Of a DNA stretch of 64,000 bases, positions 1 to 13,835 are shown piece by piece. Source of the stretch: Eledone cirrhosa (taxonomy: Eukaryota). The stretch spans positions 354,206,001 to 354,270,000 of the forward strand of contig OZ024743.1 of assembly GCA_964016885.1 (NCBI GenBank), read 5' to 3'. Position numbers and translations under genes: made by a program. The stretch's first letter is position 1, and the number at the start of each line of letters is the position of its first letter. Below the pieces are notes generated by a model. It did not search any database and had not been told where the DNA came from. It was given only the letters and a program-made list of their open reading frames with translations.

Positions 1-1065
1 GATAGTACCTAGTGCGCCTATGACAATCGGGACCACTTTAACTTCATGGCAGTTCCAAATCCTTTTTACCTCCCACTTTAAGTCCTGGTATCGGTTATTT
101 TTCTCCCTCTCCTTCTCTTGCACTCTCGTGTCGAATGGGCAGGCCACATACACAATCAGGCACGATCTTTTTTCCTTGTCCAAAACCACCAGGTCAGGTC
201 TATTGTGTTCCAGTTTCTTGTCCGTCTGTATCCTAAAATCCCACAGCACCTTCACCTGATCGTTTTCTATCACCGACTCTGGCTTATGCTCATACCACTT
301 CTCAGAATGTGGTAAATTGTTTATTTTGCATAGGTACCAGTGGATCACCCTGCCCATCACATCATGTCTCCAGCCCTTATAGTCAGTCTGGGCTAGGTGC
401 TTACACTCGGATACAATGTGAGCCACAGTCTCCTCTCTCTCTCCACAAATCCTGCACAGTGGGCTAGCCTTCTCCTTGTAAATATGGTGTTTCAACCACT
501 TCGTTTTGAGGGCCTGCTCTTGCGCAGCCATTAGCATTCCTTCTGTAGCCTTTTTAAGGTCTCCTCTTTTCAACCAGTTCCATGTATGTGGATCTCAGAA
601 TTCAGTTTTCTCAAAGAAGGTACTATGAAGGGATTTTTCATGAAGGCTGCTCTTTCTCCTTGTTGTTATTTCTTCCTTGGACATCCCCTGGTCTATTGTC
701 CTCTCCTTCAGTACAATTCTGAACATTGGCTCCTTACTATCAGTCACGTATTTGTGTAGGTTGTTTTTCTCCATCTGAACACAGTCCTCTATACTGATAA
801 GACCTCTTCCACCTTCAGATCTCCTTAAGTAGATTCTATCGACATCACTCCTCTTGTGGAACATGTTGTAGATAGTCAATAGCTTCCTAGCTTTCCTATC
901 CATTTCTTTTTGTTCAGCAACATTCCATCTCAGAATTCCTGCACTGTACCTAATAATAGACACAGCTCGGGAATTTACTGCACTTATGGCCTTCCTACTG
1001 TTCAGGTGTGACTTTAATACGCTCCTTACTCTCTGAATGTATTCAGATCTTATCAATTCCTTCAT
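1..1065 (-). mobile_element. R4/Dong-type (REL endonuclease) non-LTR retrotransposon A, 3' portion, decayed; runs off the window edge
   Basis: ORF 595-1065 has the post-RT motif 'DVDRIYLRRSEGGRGL'. Downstream on the minus strand are a CCHC knuckle (CRICGEREETVAHIVSEC, ~405-460) and REL motif RPDLVV (~185-200), separated from the ORF by a stop. Confidence 0.85.
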
Positions 1066-2852
1066 TATTATTATTATTATTATTATTACAGCTGCATTTA
1101 TCTTTCTTTATGTTCATACGAGTTATCACCAAGTCACAAGCAGTGACCTCAAGAGACAACAAGGTCCGCCATGTTCAAGAATGAACATACATACTCACAC
1201 ATGCATCTTTAGGTGTTTAGACTTGTGATGTAGTTATATTGACAGAATCTTCCTTAGTATATGGGCAGTTCCCATTAGTACTATCTTTTGTATTTCTCCT
1301 ATACGCGGGTTTCCTGGGATTTGCGATAAGTAATCATTAGACCCCTTAGGTATCATTCCTAGAGCGCCTACAACCACTGGTATTGTTTTAGTTCTCAATT
1401 TCCACATTTTTCCAATTTCTATCTCCAGGTCCTTATACTTGCTCAATTTTTCAAATGTTTTTATAGATACATTCTTGGCTATTGGAACGGACATATCAAT
1501 TAGCAGGTAATACCCTCTTTTTAAAGTTCTTCAGTATTATATCAGGTCTATTTGCATCTATTTTTCGGTCTGTTTGGATGCTAAAGTTCCACAAGATTGA
1601 GATGTGATCTTTTTCAAGTATGGGAGGTGGTTGATGCTCCCACCAATTCTTTTGATGGGGCAGGACAAAATGCTTACACATTATCCAATGTATGTATTGT
1701 GCAGCTCTGTCCTGCCTGTTTAGATATTCGGTTGGAGCTATAGGACTGCACATTGAAATTATATGGTCAATGGTCTCTGGTGTTTTTTACATACACGACA
1801 TAATGGGCTGCATCCATTTTTTTATTATGTTGGCTTGGTAATCTTGTGCTGATATAATCAGTCCTTCAGTCTCCGATTTCAGTCCATAGGATGCCAACCA
1901 CTGATGGGTTAAAGTTTTGTCAACATCAGGATTGTTAGCTCGTTCTGGGTATTTTCCATACAGAGGCTTTTCTTGCCATTTCTTAGCCAGTTTCTGTAGC
2001 AGTTCTTTCTTTGCAGTTACCTTTACCTGCTTTGCTTTTTCTGTGTTTTCCATTTCAGCAGTAAATGGGACTTCTGAAATTTGTAGTCCATTACTGTATC
2101 TTTGTGCATCATTTGTAATGGAGTATGATCTTTTGATGCTTTCGTGTTTCAAAACGAGTTTGATCATCCAATCATGTGATTCCCTTAGATATGTAGATAA
2201 TCCAATTGTTGCAGTTTTCAACGCAATGTCTAACTGGATTAACCCACGTCCTCCTTCTTTCCTAGGGAGATATATTCTATCTGTATCTGCCTTAGGGTGA
2301 TGCATTCTGTGCATGGTTAAGAATTTTCTAATTTTTGTATCGAGCCTAGTGATCTCTGTGCTTGACCAATTGATGACATTGTAACTGTAGGTTACTACTG
2401 GTATGGCAAGCGTGTTTATGGCATCGATCCTATTCCTTGCATTCAATTCCGTTCTTAAGATTGCTCTTACTCTGCGGTAACATTCCTTCCTTATCCTTTC
2501 CCTCATTGACGAGTGCTTGATTCCGTCTCCTTCACAAACACCTAGATATTTGTAAGTTTCCTCTTGATCAAGTTCTCTTATCACATTCCCCTGATCAACA
2601 TTAATGTCTGAACTTTTCAGCAGCTTTCCTCTGGTGAACGTTGCTTTGGCGCATATATCTAGTCCAAACTCCATTTTAATGTCATCACTGAACTGCTCCA
2701 CAGTGGATAATAGCCCTTGCAATTGTTCATCATTTTTTGCAAATAGTTTCAGGTCATCCATGTAGAACAAGTGATTAATGGTTTTGTCGTAGACTTTATA
2801 TCCATGCTTTGTTTCATTGAGCATTTTACTTAATGGTATAAGTGCGATGCAG
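1066..2852 (-). mobile_element. R4/Dong-type retrotransposon B, 5'-truncated, with 3' UTR and (TAA)n tail
   Basis: ORF 1787-2824 has RT 'INHLFYMDDLKL' and 'YKYLG' plus 'RIYLPRKEGGRGL'. ORFs 1496-1753 and 1234-1494 have REL 'RPDII...KLSKYKDL'. Frameshifts separate the ORFs. Minus-strand (TAA)n tail at ~1066-1088. Confidence 0.88.
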
Positions 2853-3052
2853 AATAATAATAATAACTAATAATACTTTGGGCACAAGGCCAGCAATAAC
2901 CCAGTGCATTACTGGTACTTTATTTTATCGACCCCGTAAGGATGAAAGCCAAAGTCAACCTAGGCGGGATTTGAACTCAGATCGTAAAGGGACGTAACTA
3001 TGCTGGAAAGCATGGCATCCGACCCTCTACCGATACTGCCAATCCACCGCCC
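2853..3052 (-). mobile_element. tRNA-derived SINE with a Meta-domain-like central region and (TTA)n tail
   Basis: Minus strand reads GGCGGTGGATTGGCAGTATCGGT (A box) ... GAGTTCAAATCCC (B box) ... CTTTCATCCTTACGGGGTCGATAAAATAAAGTACCAG. About 15 similar copies occur in the window. The Meta-domain assignment is from memory of the consensus. Confidence 0.85.
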
Positions 3053-5350
3053 AAATACTTGTATCCTTCTTCAGAGTCAATTTCCTTTATCATCTCACCT
3101 GTTGGTACCTGGATTCCGTTACTTCTGCTCAACTTACCCCTCACAATGACTCCACACTTACTAATACCAAATTGCATACATATATCATTGCTGAAAATAC
3201 GGACAGTGTCAACAAGCACATCCAACTCCTTCTCACTCTTCCCGAAGAGCTTAAGATCGTCCATGAAGAGGAGGTGATTGATGGTAAGCCCTCCCTTTCC
3301 CAACCTGTATCCTGCTCTCACTTTTCGCAGTACACTGGTCAGGGGCATCAGGGCTAGGACAAACAACAGAGGGGACAGACTATCTCCCTGGAAGATACCT
3401 CTCTTGATCTTCACGCTTCCCAAGGATTCTCCAGTTGATGTTAACTCTGTTTCCCAGGACTTCATACTTTTGCCCAACAACTGTCTGATGTTATCTGCCA
3501 CCTTGAAGATCTCCAGGCTTTTGGTGATCCAAGAATGAGGCATCATGTCAAATGCCTTTTTGTAGTCTATCCATCCCATTGCAAGACCAGTGTGTCTCCT
3601 CCTCTTGCAATCCCTCATTACCATCTTATCAATAAGTAACTGGTCCTTTGTCCCACGTGACTTCTTTCCGCATCCTTTCTGTTCGTCCGGTAACAAGTTG
3701 TTTATGTGGAGGTGATGGTAGATTTCCTCAGACATAATGCTTGTCAACAGTTTCCACATTACGGACAGACATGTGATAGGTCTATAGTTGGTAACATCAT
3801 TACCCTTGATTCGGTCTTTCATTATTAGAACTGTGGTACCTTTTGTCAACCACTCTGGTACCTCACCTGACATCAAGCAGTCATTGAACATGGTTGTCAG
3901 TTTCGGGTGGAGGGATGTTATATTTTTAATCCAATACCCCTGCACACCATCTGGGCCTGGTGATTTCCAGTTGGTTAGTTTTTTGGCCTGCCCCTTAAGA
4001 GTTTCAACTGTGATACTCAAATCAGTTTGTTGGTGTGCCTGTTCACTAATCTCCTTCTGTACTGTCTCAATCCACACTGCCTGGTCATTATGTTTAACAT
4101 CCTGCTCCCATATTACTCTCCAGAATGTTTTAGTTTGTTCTGCCTCAGGGATCAAGTCGTTGCCTCTTTCTTTCCCTTCGAGCTGTCCAAACAGCATCTT
4201 CTGGTTGTTGTCAAACACGCGGTTCTGTCTATACTAACTGACTCTGTTCTCGTATCGCCTGATTTTTGCACTCCTTGCTACAATGCGTTGCTTCAGTTCC
4301 TCTATGATAATATTTAGCTTTTTCCTCCTAGTTTTGTACTTTATTTCCAGTCTATTTTTAGTGTCTATGTTTTTTAGTGTCCCATTCAGTAGGGACTCAA
4401 GGTTTCCAATGTCATTTCTCATTTCCCTGATTTGACCACTTAGTCGTTTCTTCCACCAAGGCTCTGCTCTTTCTTGTCTGTTGTTTCCTCTCGCTTTTAT
4501 ACCAAGTAATTTCCTCACCGTATTTGCTGTTGCTTTGAGGATATTGTTGCACTGGTGAAGGCTCCTCGCCTCAAGGTATGGGATGACTTTGTTTACATTA
4601 GCTGTTCTTTTAATTTTTCCTGTCTACAAATCTTAGGTTCATAGGTCTCCCACTATCATTGTTCAATTCATCTACCACTAAGTTTAGGATATCAACCAAA
4701 TCTTGTCCTAGCCCGTCAGCATTCATCTCCTCAGTGGCCGTATCTCTGTTCCAGGTATTATTTATCTCAGCATTCAGATCATTGTCTGCTTCGGGTGATT
4801 TCTCCGTTCTCTCGACCTCTTCACCTTCATTTCCCACTGGCTCGTTTGCCTGGCATACTCCACTCTCCATCTCTAAGCTAATCTCTCTGTTCAGTTCCTC
4901 CAGTTCCAGCTCGCTTATCCACCCATTAGTCCTTATTACCCGAGCCTGCCCAGCCAATTTTTGTTCATCTAATTTAAATAAACCAATCTCGTTCCAGATG
5001 TTATGCATCCGTTTCCTATAGCCTTTCTCCTTGGAGTTACTCTTCAGGTAACATTGCATAATAGTTATATTCAATTCTTTCGTCCAGTTGCTTCTGGTCC
5101 CTTTCCTGCTTCTTCCTCCGACACCAGCAGTATTTGGTTGACAGCCAAGTCCCTGCTGCTGAGTCAGGGAGCACCTGTTGGGTGAGAGTCTGTCACATGA
5201 CAATCTAGTCTCCATTTCACCGTTATTCGAACTGTTTAGGTTCGACATTTAAACACTCTTATCGAGGATTGGCGAATGTATGGTTACATAACCACCGGTG
5301 AATTCATCGCCTTCGGTGGTTTTGTCACTCCACGTGATTTTTGTGTGGCA
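3053..5350 (-). mobile_element. R4/Dong-type retrotransposon A, 5' portion (N-terminus plus RT), frameshifted
   Basis: ORFs 4610-5248, 4234-4518 and 2998-4218. RT motifs KSPGPDG, NYRPITCL, WIDYKKAFD, GIFQGDSLSPLLF, LFMDDLKL; breaks off at YKYLG at the SINE junction. Confidence 0.88.
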
Positions 5351-6452
5351 TTATCACGCTGTAGACGAACATAAATAAACAAACAAACAAACAGCCCCCC
5401 CCCCCAAAAAAAATGAATAAGCATAAGTTTCATTGTAATTTAGTGTTTGAATGTCTGACTTAGTTTTTCCCTTCCCTTCTCTGTCGTTTTTCTCTTCATT
5501 CTTATTTTCTTTACGTTTTTCGTTGTTGCTGTGCTGCTTTGATTTTGACTTTTGTTTTTTTGATTTTGACCGGGTCATCAATTCAGTCTATTTATATATT
5601 TTGATGCATTCCTCTTTTAGTGTGGATTCTACAATGTAGCCGGGAGAAGCGGGAGAGAATAGCGGCGGTTTATAATGAGGCAGTGGTGGTGGTGGCAGTG
5701 TTGTGCTAGCAGCAACTAGCAGGAGGTAGTGGGAGAGAATAGCGGCGGTAGCGATAATGAAGCAGTGGTGGTTGTGATGTGTTCGCATTACTGTAGTGAT
5801 GGTGTTGAAGTTGGAGTAGAAATAGCAGTCGAGTCGAGTCGACTTGACCAGAGTTTTCATCGTGGTAGTGGTGGTGGTGTTGGTGGTGAAATTATCTTTA
5901 GTTATTTAGTCATTTTGTCATTTTCTTCCTTTTCGACTCTAACATTCCTGATCCAAAATTAAATATTAATCTTGTATATTAATATTGTCTAGTGATACCG
6001 CCATCTTCCCCTTTCGTAAGTTAACAGAAGGTAATGGGGGTATAGCGGTGGTAGCAATGAAGGCGTGGTGGCGGCGGTGATGGGATAGTGGTAGTAATGA
6101 TGGATGGGCGGCGGCGGCGGTGACTGTAGTGATGGCGTTGTCGTTACTGAGTTTTGTTAAATAGACTGTATTTTTGTTTGATCGGAGAATCTATGGGGTT
6201 AGATGCGTATATGTGTTGACATATCCATGATATTGGAATTAAACATTTTGTTATTAAACATTTTGTTAAAACTTGAGACAATAATAATAGTAATTATTAT
6301 TATTATGCTGAGATTGGTGGTGGTGGTGGTGAAATTGCCGTTATCTGGCTGTTGTGTTTAGTGTACACAGAGGGGTGATGGGGTAGTTGGTGTATCTAGT
6401 TTCTGGTGTTGGTGAAATTGCTGTTATTTGACTGTTCTATATAGTGTAGACA

Positions 6453-6470
6453 TTATTATTATTATTATTA

Positions 6471-6526
<56 letters not shown>

Positions 6527-6527
6527 G
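6453..6527. repeat. (ATT)n microsatellite on the 5' flank of the Tx1-like element
   Basis: Seen directly; a matching (ATT)n tract lies at 11979-12002. Confidence 0.95.
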
Positions 6528-9500
6528 AACGTGAAGCGACGCTTCTTATCGGCTCCAGTTTTTTCCCCACCTAATACAGGGGTTCACTCGTAAATAATAC
6601 GGAACCCCTTTATGGGGTGTCGTATTATGTAAAAAATTATTTGAAAAAAACAATGTCTTTCATCATGGATAACACAAGAAAGAGAGCGAGCGCTGTCAGA
6701 CAACACAGAGAGAGGGACTTTGTCAACATATCAACAAGACAGCGTTCTAGCGAAGGTAAATATAAAAGAAAATATTACGAAGGAAAAGAGGAACAATATC
6801 ATTTTTAATGATATTGTTACAGATTTAAAATTACCAAATATTATTAACACAAACAACACCAACAATAACACCAACAACAACACCATCAATAACAACAGCA
6901 ACAACAATAATAACAGCCACAATAACAGTAACAGTAACAACAGTACCAACGAAAACAACAACAATTACATTAATACCAGTAACAGCGATCTCAGCACCAC
7001 CAGCAAGATCAGTAGCGGCAGCAATAGTACTGCCGCTGAAAAAGGGGCCACTTCTTTTGCAGGTGTGGCCCGAAATATCGAAACAGTGCTAGTCACAGAG
7101 GAGGAGATGGCAGTCGCAAGGGCCATGGTGACAAGAAATGCCAATAGAGTTTCCCTGAAACCTCCACCCGATTTTTTCAAGGATCAACAGCTACGGACGG
7201 TGACTTACCGCACTGTAAGCAAAATGTCACATCGGGTGGAGAGAGCCACGGAGGTTCAAATCCAAAAGGCCTTGGGGTGCGTCTGGGCGCGCAAAACCCA
7301 TATCAGCCGAGGCAGAAAATATGCCACAGTAGACGTACTTTTCGCTAACCTCCAAGAGGCGACGTCTCATTCTTTGGAAACCCTAAACAGTGAGGAGATA
7401 GTTTTGGTGCCCTCCTACTGCGAGCAGAAGATTGTGAGGGTCAAAATGACCCAGGTCCCATCCGACGTGCTCATACCTTGGCTGGCCGCGTCTGTCCTTG
7501 CTGGAATCGAGGACAGGACGACCATGCTGCAAGTAGAGAAAATAGGGAGAGAGAACTGGCCAGGTATAGGCATGCAAATGCTAATACAAACTGACCAGGA
7601 ATGTATCGACACTATCCCGATATCATAGACCTCGAGGAAGGACTCCCTATAAGCGTTGAAGGAAGACGCCCAAAAGTTATCTCTGTGGGTCAAAGGGTCA
7701 CCTGAGGGCCTTTTGCCCACAGAAGACAGTGAAGAAGGCCTCGCCCCTCCTTCCAATGCCTGGTCCGCTGCTACCAAGAGCAGGGCAGGCAACAAACGCA
7801 GAAGAGCCTACCACGGTGAGTAGGAGAGGAACGTCCGTAGCACCCGTACCAAGGCCAGGTGCAACTAAAACTGCAGCAGCAGAGGCGGCAACACCAGTAG
7901 CTACATTTGCAGTAGCTGCACCAGCATCAACATCGCTTGAGAGGGCTCCACTACCACCACCAACAGCCATGGAGCACATACCCCTCCCTGACACCATGGA
8001 ATCTGACATGGAGTCTGAGGCGGGAGTGAAGCGGCAAACGGTCTGCCACAGAAAAGAAATAAGAAAAGACCCCTTAGCTTCAACCTCCAAAAGCGAAGGC
8101 AAACAAAAAGGGGTAAATGCTGCAAGGCGACTTGCAGCAACACCACCACTATCACCACCAACAACCACCACACAACCACCACCAGCATCACCACAAACAT
8201 ACCCACAGCAGCAGCAGCAGCAGCAAGAAAACAGCCCCCCCCCCCAAAAAAAAAAAAAAAAACATTACACAGCCATAAACATGGCAAATAAAGAACTCTT
8301 AGAACATATAAAGCAGCACACAGACATTACGGAAAAAAATTACTACACCCCACCAACACAAAGAACTCTCCCCCAAAATATAAACATTATTGAAATTAAA
8401 ATAGAACATTATAAACATTTAAAAGAAAAATTCCCCAACACAGTTGCAGACTTCACAGGCTCAGTTACCAAAAGGATATACACCGACATCACCTCGAAAA
8501 TACCCATGACCAGCCAAAGGGACGGTTCAACTGTCCTTTCCCACACGATCAGGGTAGGTGATCCTTTCTCACTTACTCCATTCCTCACCCAACATGGCCT
8601 TACTTAGAATAGGCAGTATAAATGTACATGGCCTGGGGACATCTTGGAAGCAGGGCCACCTGCTTAACGATCTCAGGTCACTAAACATAGATGTGGTGAC
8701 CATCAGCGAGACCAGAATTTCCGAAGCACGACACTTCGCACCGATCCTCGGCGGCTACGATGTATACGCATCTCCCAGCCGTCCGAGAGCGGAGGGCGGA
8801 GTTGCTATGCTTTTTCGGAGAGGCTTGTTCCTCGTCATACGGGCCACCTTCCTGGACCCAGAAGGTAAGTCGGTGGTACTGGACGTGACAGGCAGCGAAG
8901 GCAATGCTTTCAGGCTAGTAGCCATCTACGCCCCAACAGGGGGCAGGACGGCCAGATTTCTTCAGACGTCTAGAGACCTTTCTTGGAACGTCCCGCTCTT
9001 TAGGGTTAGTGGGTAACTGGAACGGTATTTTAGTTGCACGCTGGGATTATGAGGGGCTAGTAAATAAGGGAGGAGGATGTAAAAGCTTCACCAACCTGCT
9101 CAGACGACTGGATTATCCGAATGTGCCAATGTGGACATGGGAAAACCACATCGGGTCATCCAGATCGTATCTATATAGGGTATTGTGTAGGGAAACAGAT
9201 AAGGTTAGCGTAGGTTGTCCACAATTTAAAGTAGTCGGCTACTCGGACCACAAATTTGTGATCTGTGAAGTCGACTTAGATAGACTTCACAAGCAAGGAC
9301 CAGGTTACGGGAAGCTCAACGCGTCTTTCCAGGCGCGCAAGGCTTACAGAGACCGGATAAGCGAATTAGTTAAGCGTGCGCTGACGGGTGCGATCGTCAA
9401 CAACAGGTGGTGGTTTACCCTGAAAATGGCAATTAGAGTAGAATCAATAAGGTTTAGCAAAGGAGTAAACATTGACGAAAATAGAGTAGAATGAGAGTTA

Positions 9501-11980
9501 GTTAGAAAGCTAGAAAAGGCGTTTAGAACAGGCATCACAACCGACGTGCTTGCGGCAAGATTGGCACTCGATCAATTCTTCAATGCAAAGCACGAAGGCT
9601 GCGTTGTCAGAGCTAGAGCGCGTGCTCTGAGACAAGAGGGGACAAAAGCTGTCCAATGGGCCCGGGTGGTGGAGGCGCGACGTGGCAACAAAGCCACAAT
9701 TCAATCCTTGCTTGACCAACACGGGAACATGTTACTCGAACCCAAGCAGATGTGTGAGGCTTTTCAGCAGCACACTTTGCTCAACTGTTTGGGAGCGGCG
9801 GCGGGCCAGATAGGAGTATGAATTTCAGTGCATACTTCGAGGGACTTCCGCAGCTCTCGACGACCGCAGTGCAGTATTGCGAAAAGCCGATAACAGCAGG
9901 TGAAATACGGGAAGCGATGTCTGACTGCTCGAGCGATAAATCGCCAGGTTTGGATGGTCTGCCCTACGAGCTTTATGCGTACATGCCAGACGTGTTCGGT
10001 GACCTCTTGGCAGACGTCTACTGCAACTGGCAGCAGAACGGGAGCATTCCCAGTTTTGTGAGCCGGGGAGTGGTGGCGCTGTTGAGAAAAAACCTGAACA
10101 AAGCCCATAACTCTGTTAAACACAGATAAGGCATTTGGTAGGGTACCTGGCGGCTGGTTTCGGACCCATTTACAGGGGTTGGATCGCTGCGATGCACAGC
10201 GACATCTGCTCAGTTGTGAAGGTGAACGGTCATCTGTCACAGCCGTTCAGCATCATGCGCTCTGTCTGTCGGGGTTGTCCCTTCTCGTCACTCTTGTACG
10301 TATTGGCCCTCGAGCCGTTACTGCACAAATTGGAAGCGATGAGAGACGTCCCACGCGAACTAGGATGTGGGAGATACCGGTCGGCTTACGCCGACAACGT
10401 CCCCGTGGTGGTGTCAAGCGCCGAATATGTCCAGATGCTCGGCACCGCTCAAGGAATATGAAGCAGTGACAGGAAAAGTCGGTGGGCTTGCAGCTCGGCA
10501 CCTGGAGAGACAAGTCCATGCCGCCCGACAGCGTCGTGGGCGCTGGACGGAAGGACCGGTTAAATTGCTCGGGGTCTGGTACGGTCCGGACCTCCAGATG
10601 GAGAAAAGCTGGAGCGAGGTGAGGAACAGGGTGGCCTCTCTCCCCCAGAAATGGTCGGGCAGAGGTGGCGAATGCGTTCATCGCATCCGTCATCTGCTAC
10701 CGCCTGACCATTGTGCTTTGCCCCGGCCCAACTCTGACAAAAATGGAGCACCTCCTCTTCCGCTTTTTATGGGAGGGACATGCTCCCATGGTCAGACGAT
10801 CCATCTGCTGTCAACACCCGTTGCGTGGAGGGCTGGGCATGCCGTGGCTGATGATACGCAAACACGCGCTGAGGCGGCGACATCTCTGGTGCTTCCTTGA
10901 CGGTGAACAGGTGTGGTCACCGTTTGCCAGACGTGTTTTTCCCCAGCTCGTCTCATTAAAGGACCTGCAGTCCTGGATCAGGAAAAGACCGAGGGATAGC
11001 GCTTGGAAGCTGGAATGTCTCCAAGCGCTCACAGCCTTCTACCAGCTGGGCACTAGTATCGGTAGAACATTCACCTCGGCGTTCTATAGAGGACTAGTGG
11101 AGGGGAAGAGTGACGACGTTCTAGGAGAGACCCTGGGCGTCGAAGACGATCAGCTGTTCACTCTCTTCAAGAGAACTTTCAGCCCGGGGCCTATGGACAA
11201 CTTCCAGAAATTCCTGGCCTGGAAGTGCTACCGGAGAACGTTGCCGGTTCGAGATAAGCTCTACAGGCAGGGAAGTGCCGTCAGCCGGACCTGTCCGAGA
11301 TGCGCACAGAGCGACGAAACCGTTGTGCACGCACTCGTTCAGTAACCGAGCATTGCTGACTTGTGGAGCTATGTCGAACAGTTGCTGTCACGTGTAGGAC
11401 GGATCCGGCTATCGACTAAGTCCATTGTGCAGATAGCCCCGCCGTTCTCCTTTAAGGAGGAGGAAGGGCAGGCAGTTTTCATCTGCCTAGTGGCCATGGC
11501 GAAAGAGATTGTATGGTGGACAAGGTTGAAAGGATTGAAGACGGACACTTTCCTTCTCGGGGAATCCTTGATTAACTTCTTCAAATTTCACTTGAAGAGG
11601 AAAATCAGGGTGGAGAGACAAGTGCTGTCTTCTAGTAAGTTTGTTGAAAGGTGGGTGAAAGTGGCGAGTCTGGTCAAAGTGAACGGGCCCGCTCTGAGTA
11701 TGCAGTATGCACCAGTAGACTGAGGAGTGGAAAACCGACAGGGCGCTTGCTCTGGTGATAAAGGTGGCCGTGGTCTTTTGTGTGGTTTTCGCCACGAATG
11801 ACCCTCGGAAGTTTTCCTCCTATTGAGGAATTTTTGTTGTTTGAATTTGTTTTGATACTTCTATCTTCTTGTTATAACCTTTTTACACGGCCAAAACCCA
11901 CCTTTTATCGTCATGTACCGTTCTGTGCCGTCTGTAATGTTTTTCTTCATGTAAGCCCTTGTGGCCAATAAAGAAACCAT
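6528..11980 (+). mobile_element. Tx1/L1-clade non-LTR retrotransposon, near full length, decayed
   Basis: ORF1 pieces 6720-7628 and 7729-8607 with a degenerate zinc knuckle (SYLCGSKGHLRAFC, ~7675-7717). APE endonuclease (SINVHGL, ISETR, GGVA, IYAP, SDHK) at 8574-9300. RT (KSPGLDGLP, RGCPFS, AYADN) at 9818-10460. C-terminal CPRC..ETVVHAL at ~11290. AATAAA at ~11967. Confidence 0.85.
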
Positions 11981-12171
11981 TATTATTATTATTATTATTA
12001 TTGGCGACTCGCAGAGCGAACGCCAGCCGACAAATGACCGCGCCTGTTTACTGCGTTTCCTTTCTTTCGTTCTCTCATCTTCCTTCGGTACCTTCTAAAT
12101 CTTTCTTATGATCTCTGAAGCGAACGACGAGAAATAAAAAAAACAAAAGTATATACTTTTCGTTTTATATA

Positions 12172-12347
12172 TTGGCAGTATCGGTAGAGGGTCGGACGCC
12201 ATGCTTCGGCGCATAGAGTTACGGCCCTTTCTATTCTGAGTTCAAATCCTGCCGAGGTTAACTTTGCCTTTCATCCTTACGGGGTCGATAAAATAAAGTA
12301 CTAGTAATAACTGCGTAATTGCTGGCCTTGTTCCAAAAGCAGAAACA

Positions 12348-12380
<33 letters not shown>
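12172..12380 (+). mobile_element. tRNA-derived SINE copy
   Basis: TGGCAGTATCGG, GAGTTCAAATCC, central domain and (ATT)n tail. Confidence 0.85.
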
Positions 12381-12383
<3 letters not shown>

Positions 12384-12779
12384 GTTATTTGTTGATTTTG
12401 TTAGTAGTTGTAGGAGTAGTGTGGCTTCAGCTGTTGCGGCTATTGCATTTTGCAAGTTAAGAAATTGAATATTTATAAGGCCCGTGACGTCAACTATCTA
12501 AAATTGGAATCAATGGAATAACACAAAACAGAACGAAGCATACAAAACAAACAAAAAAGTCTTCTATTGAGGTAAATTTTATTTACTGTTTAGCCAAGGA
12601 ATGAAGGGCAGTGCATGATAATTTTCAAGGTTTCAATGGCTAGTGGGAGTGAATGGGTCAGGAAAGCACCTGGTCCGAATGCCTGCAAAATAATGGATTC
12701 CACGAAAGACCCTCAAATGTCAGGTTGTGGAGTTCAACCGAGCAACCGATTATGTGAACCACGGCAGATCACAAGGAGG

Positions 12780-12985
12780 TGAAACAAATACTGCAAAATA
12801 TCTCGTCCAATGTACCAGCATTTCCACCACTCCACTTCTCTCAACTGGGACATTATTTTATCAAACCTGAAAAAATGAAATAAAATGTTGACCACAGTTT
12901 GATTTGAACTAAGAGCGTAGTGAGAAATGGGACAAATACAGCAGACAATGTAATCCTAGGTTCTACAGACTTCGTCAATTCACCG
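12780..12985 (-). mobile_element. Old, diverged SINE copy
   Basis: Degenerate match 'attattttatcaaacctg...gatttgaactaaga' to the SINE consensus seen elsewhere in the window. Confidence 0.5.
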
Positions 12986-13641
12986 TCTTAACAGAAACCA
13001 CAAAAGATCTGCAATAAAAGAAAGGAAAGGGGACGATCGCCAGATTCGGACCAAGGAAAGATTGCTTCCATTTGTTTTTCATTACTGACAACCTTCGTAG
13101 AAGGATCAATGTGAAATAAAATAATTTACTCTAGCCCACCACCTGGTCTAAGAATTGGACACATGATCAAGAATCAAGCACCATAACCACTAGACTACGT
13201 GCTTTCAGAAAAAAAAAAAAAAAAAAAAAAAAAAAACCCAAAACGCAACTGCTATCAAATATCTAAATTCTCTCTATATATTTTGACAAAAGGAAATCGT
13301 TCTTTTAGTTAATTTCCTTTGAAGCTTTGAAGAATTATAAAGAAAAATTGAAAGATTAAAAATTTATCACGTTCACGTTCGTCACTGTCATCGTATCCTT
13401 GCCAACTTATATATGGAGATAAAGAGACAGCCACCAGACATAGAAGAGGCTGTTTGATCTCCCCCACGCTCTTTTTGCCTCCCTTCTCTCTCTCACTCTC
13501 TCTCTCTCTATGTGTGTGTATGCGTGTGTGTGTGTGTGTAAGTGCCTGTGTGTGTGCGTGTGTGTAAGTGCGTATGTGTGGTGTAAGTGCGTGCGTGTGT
13601 GCGTGTGTATGTGTGTAAGTGCGTGTGTGCGGTGTAAGTGC

Positions 13642-13690
<49 letters not shown>

Positions 13691-13835
13691 GGTGTTTGAG
13701 TGCGTGTGTACACCCATGTGCGGCAATAAGATGCATAACAACTATTCTAGTTGAAGATATATAATTGGAGGAGCAAATCTCTGATACAGCATATAAAAAA
13801 TATATATGTATCACAGCTCCACAGTCTCTTCTCTA

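Noticed and set aside
2960-3052. tRNA gene at SINE heads
   Set aside because: A and B boxes are present but there is no cloverleaf; the sequence continues into the SINE body.
5250-5355. HDV-like ribozyme in the R4 5' UTR
   Set aside because: A hairpin (AACCACCG/CGGTGGTT) is present, but I could not build the nested double pseudoknot.
5390-5413. AAACAG-C(n)-A(n) motif also present at 8229-8262
   Set aside because: Low-complexity homopolymer match without extended homology.
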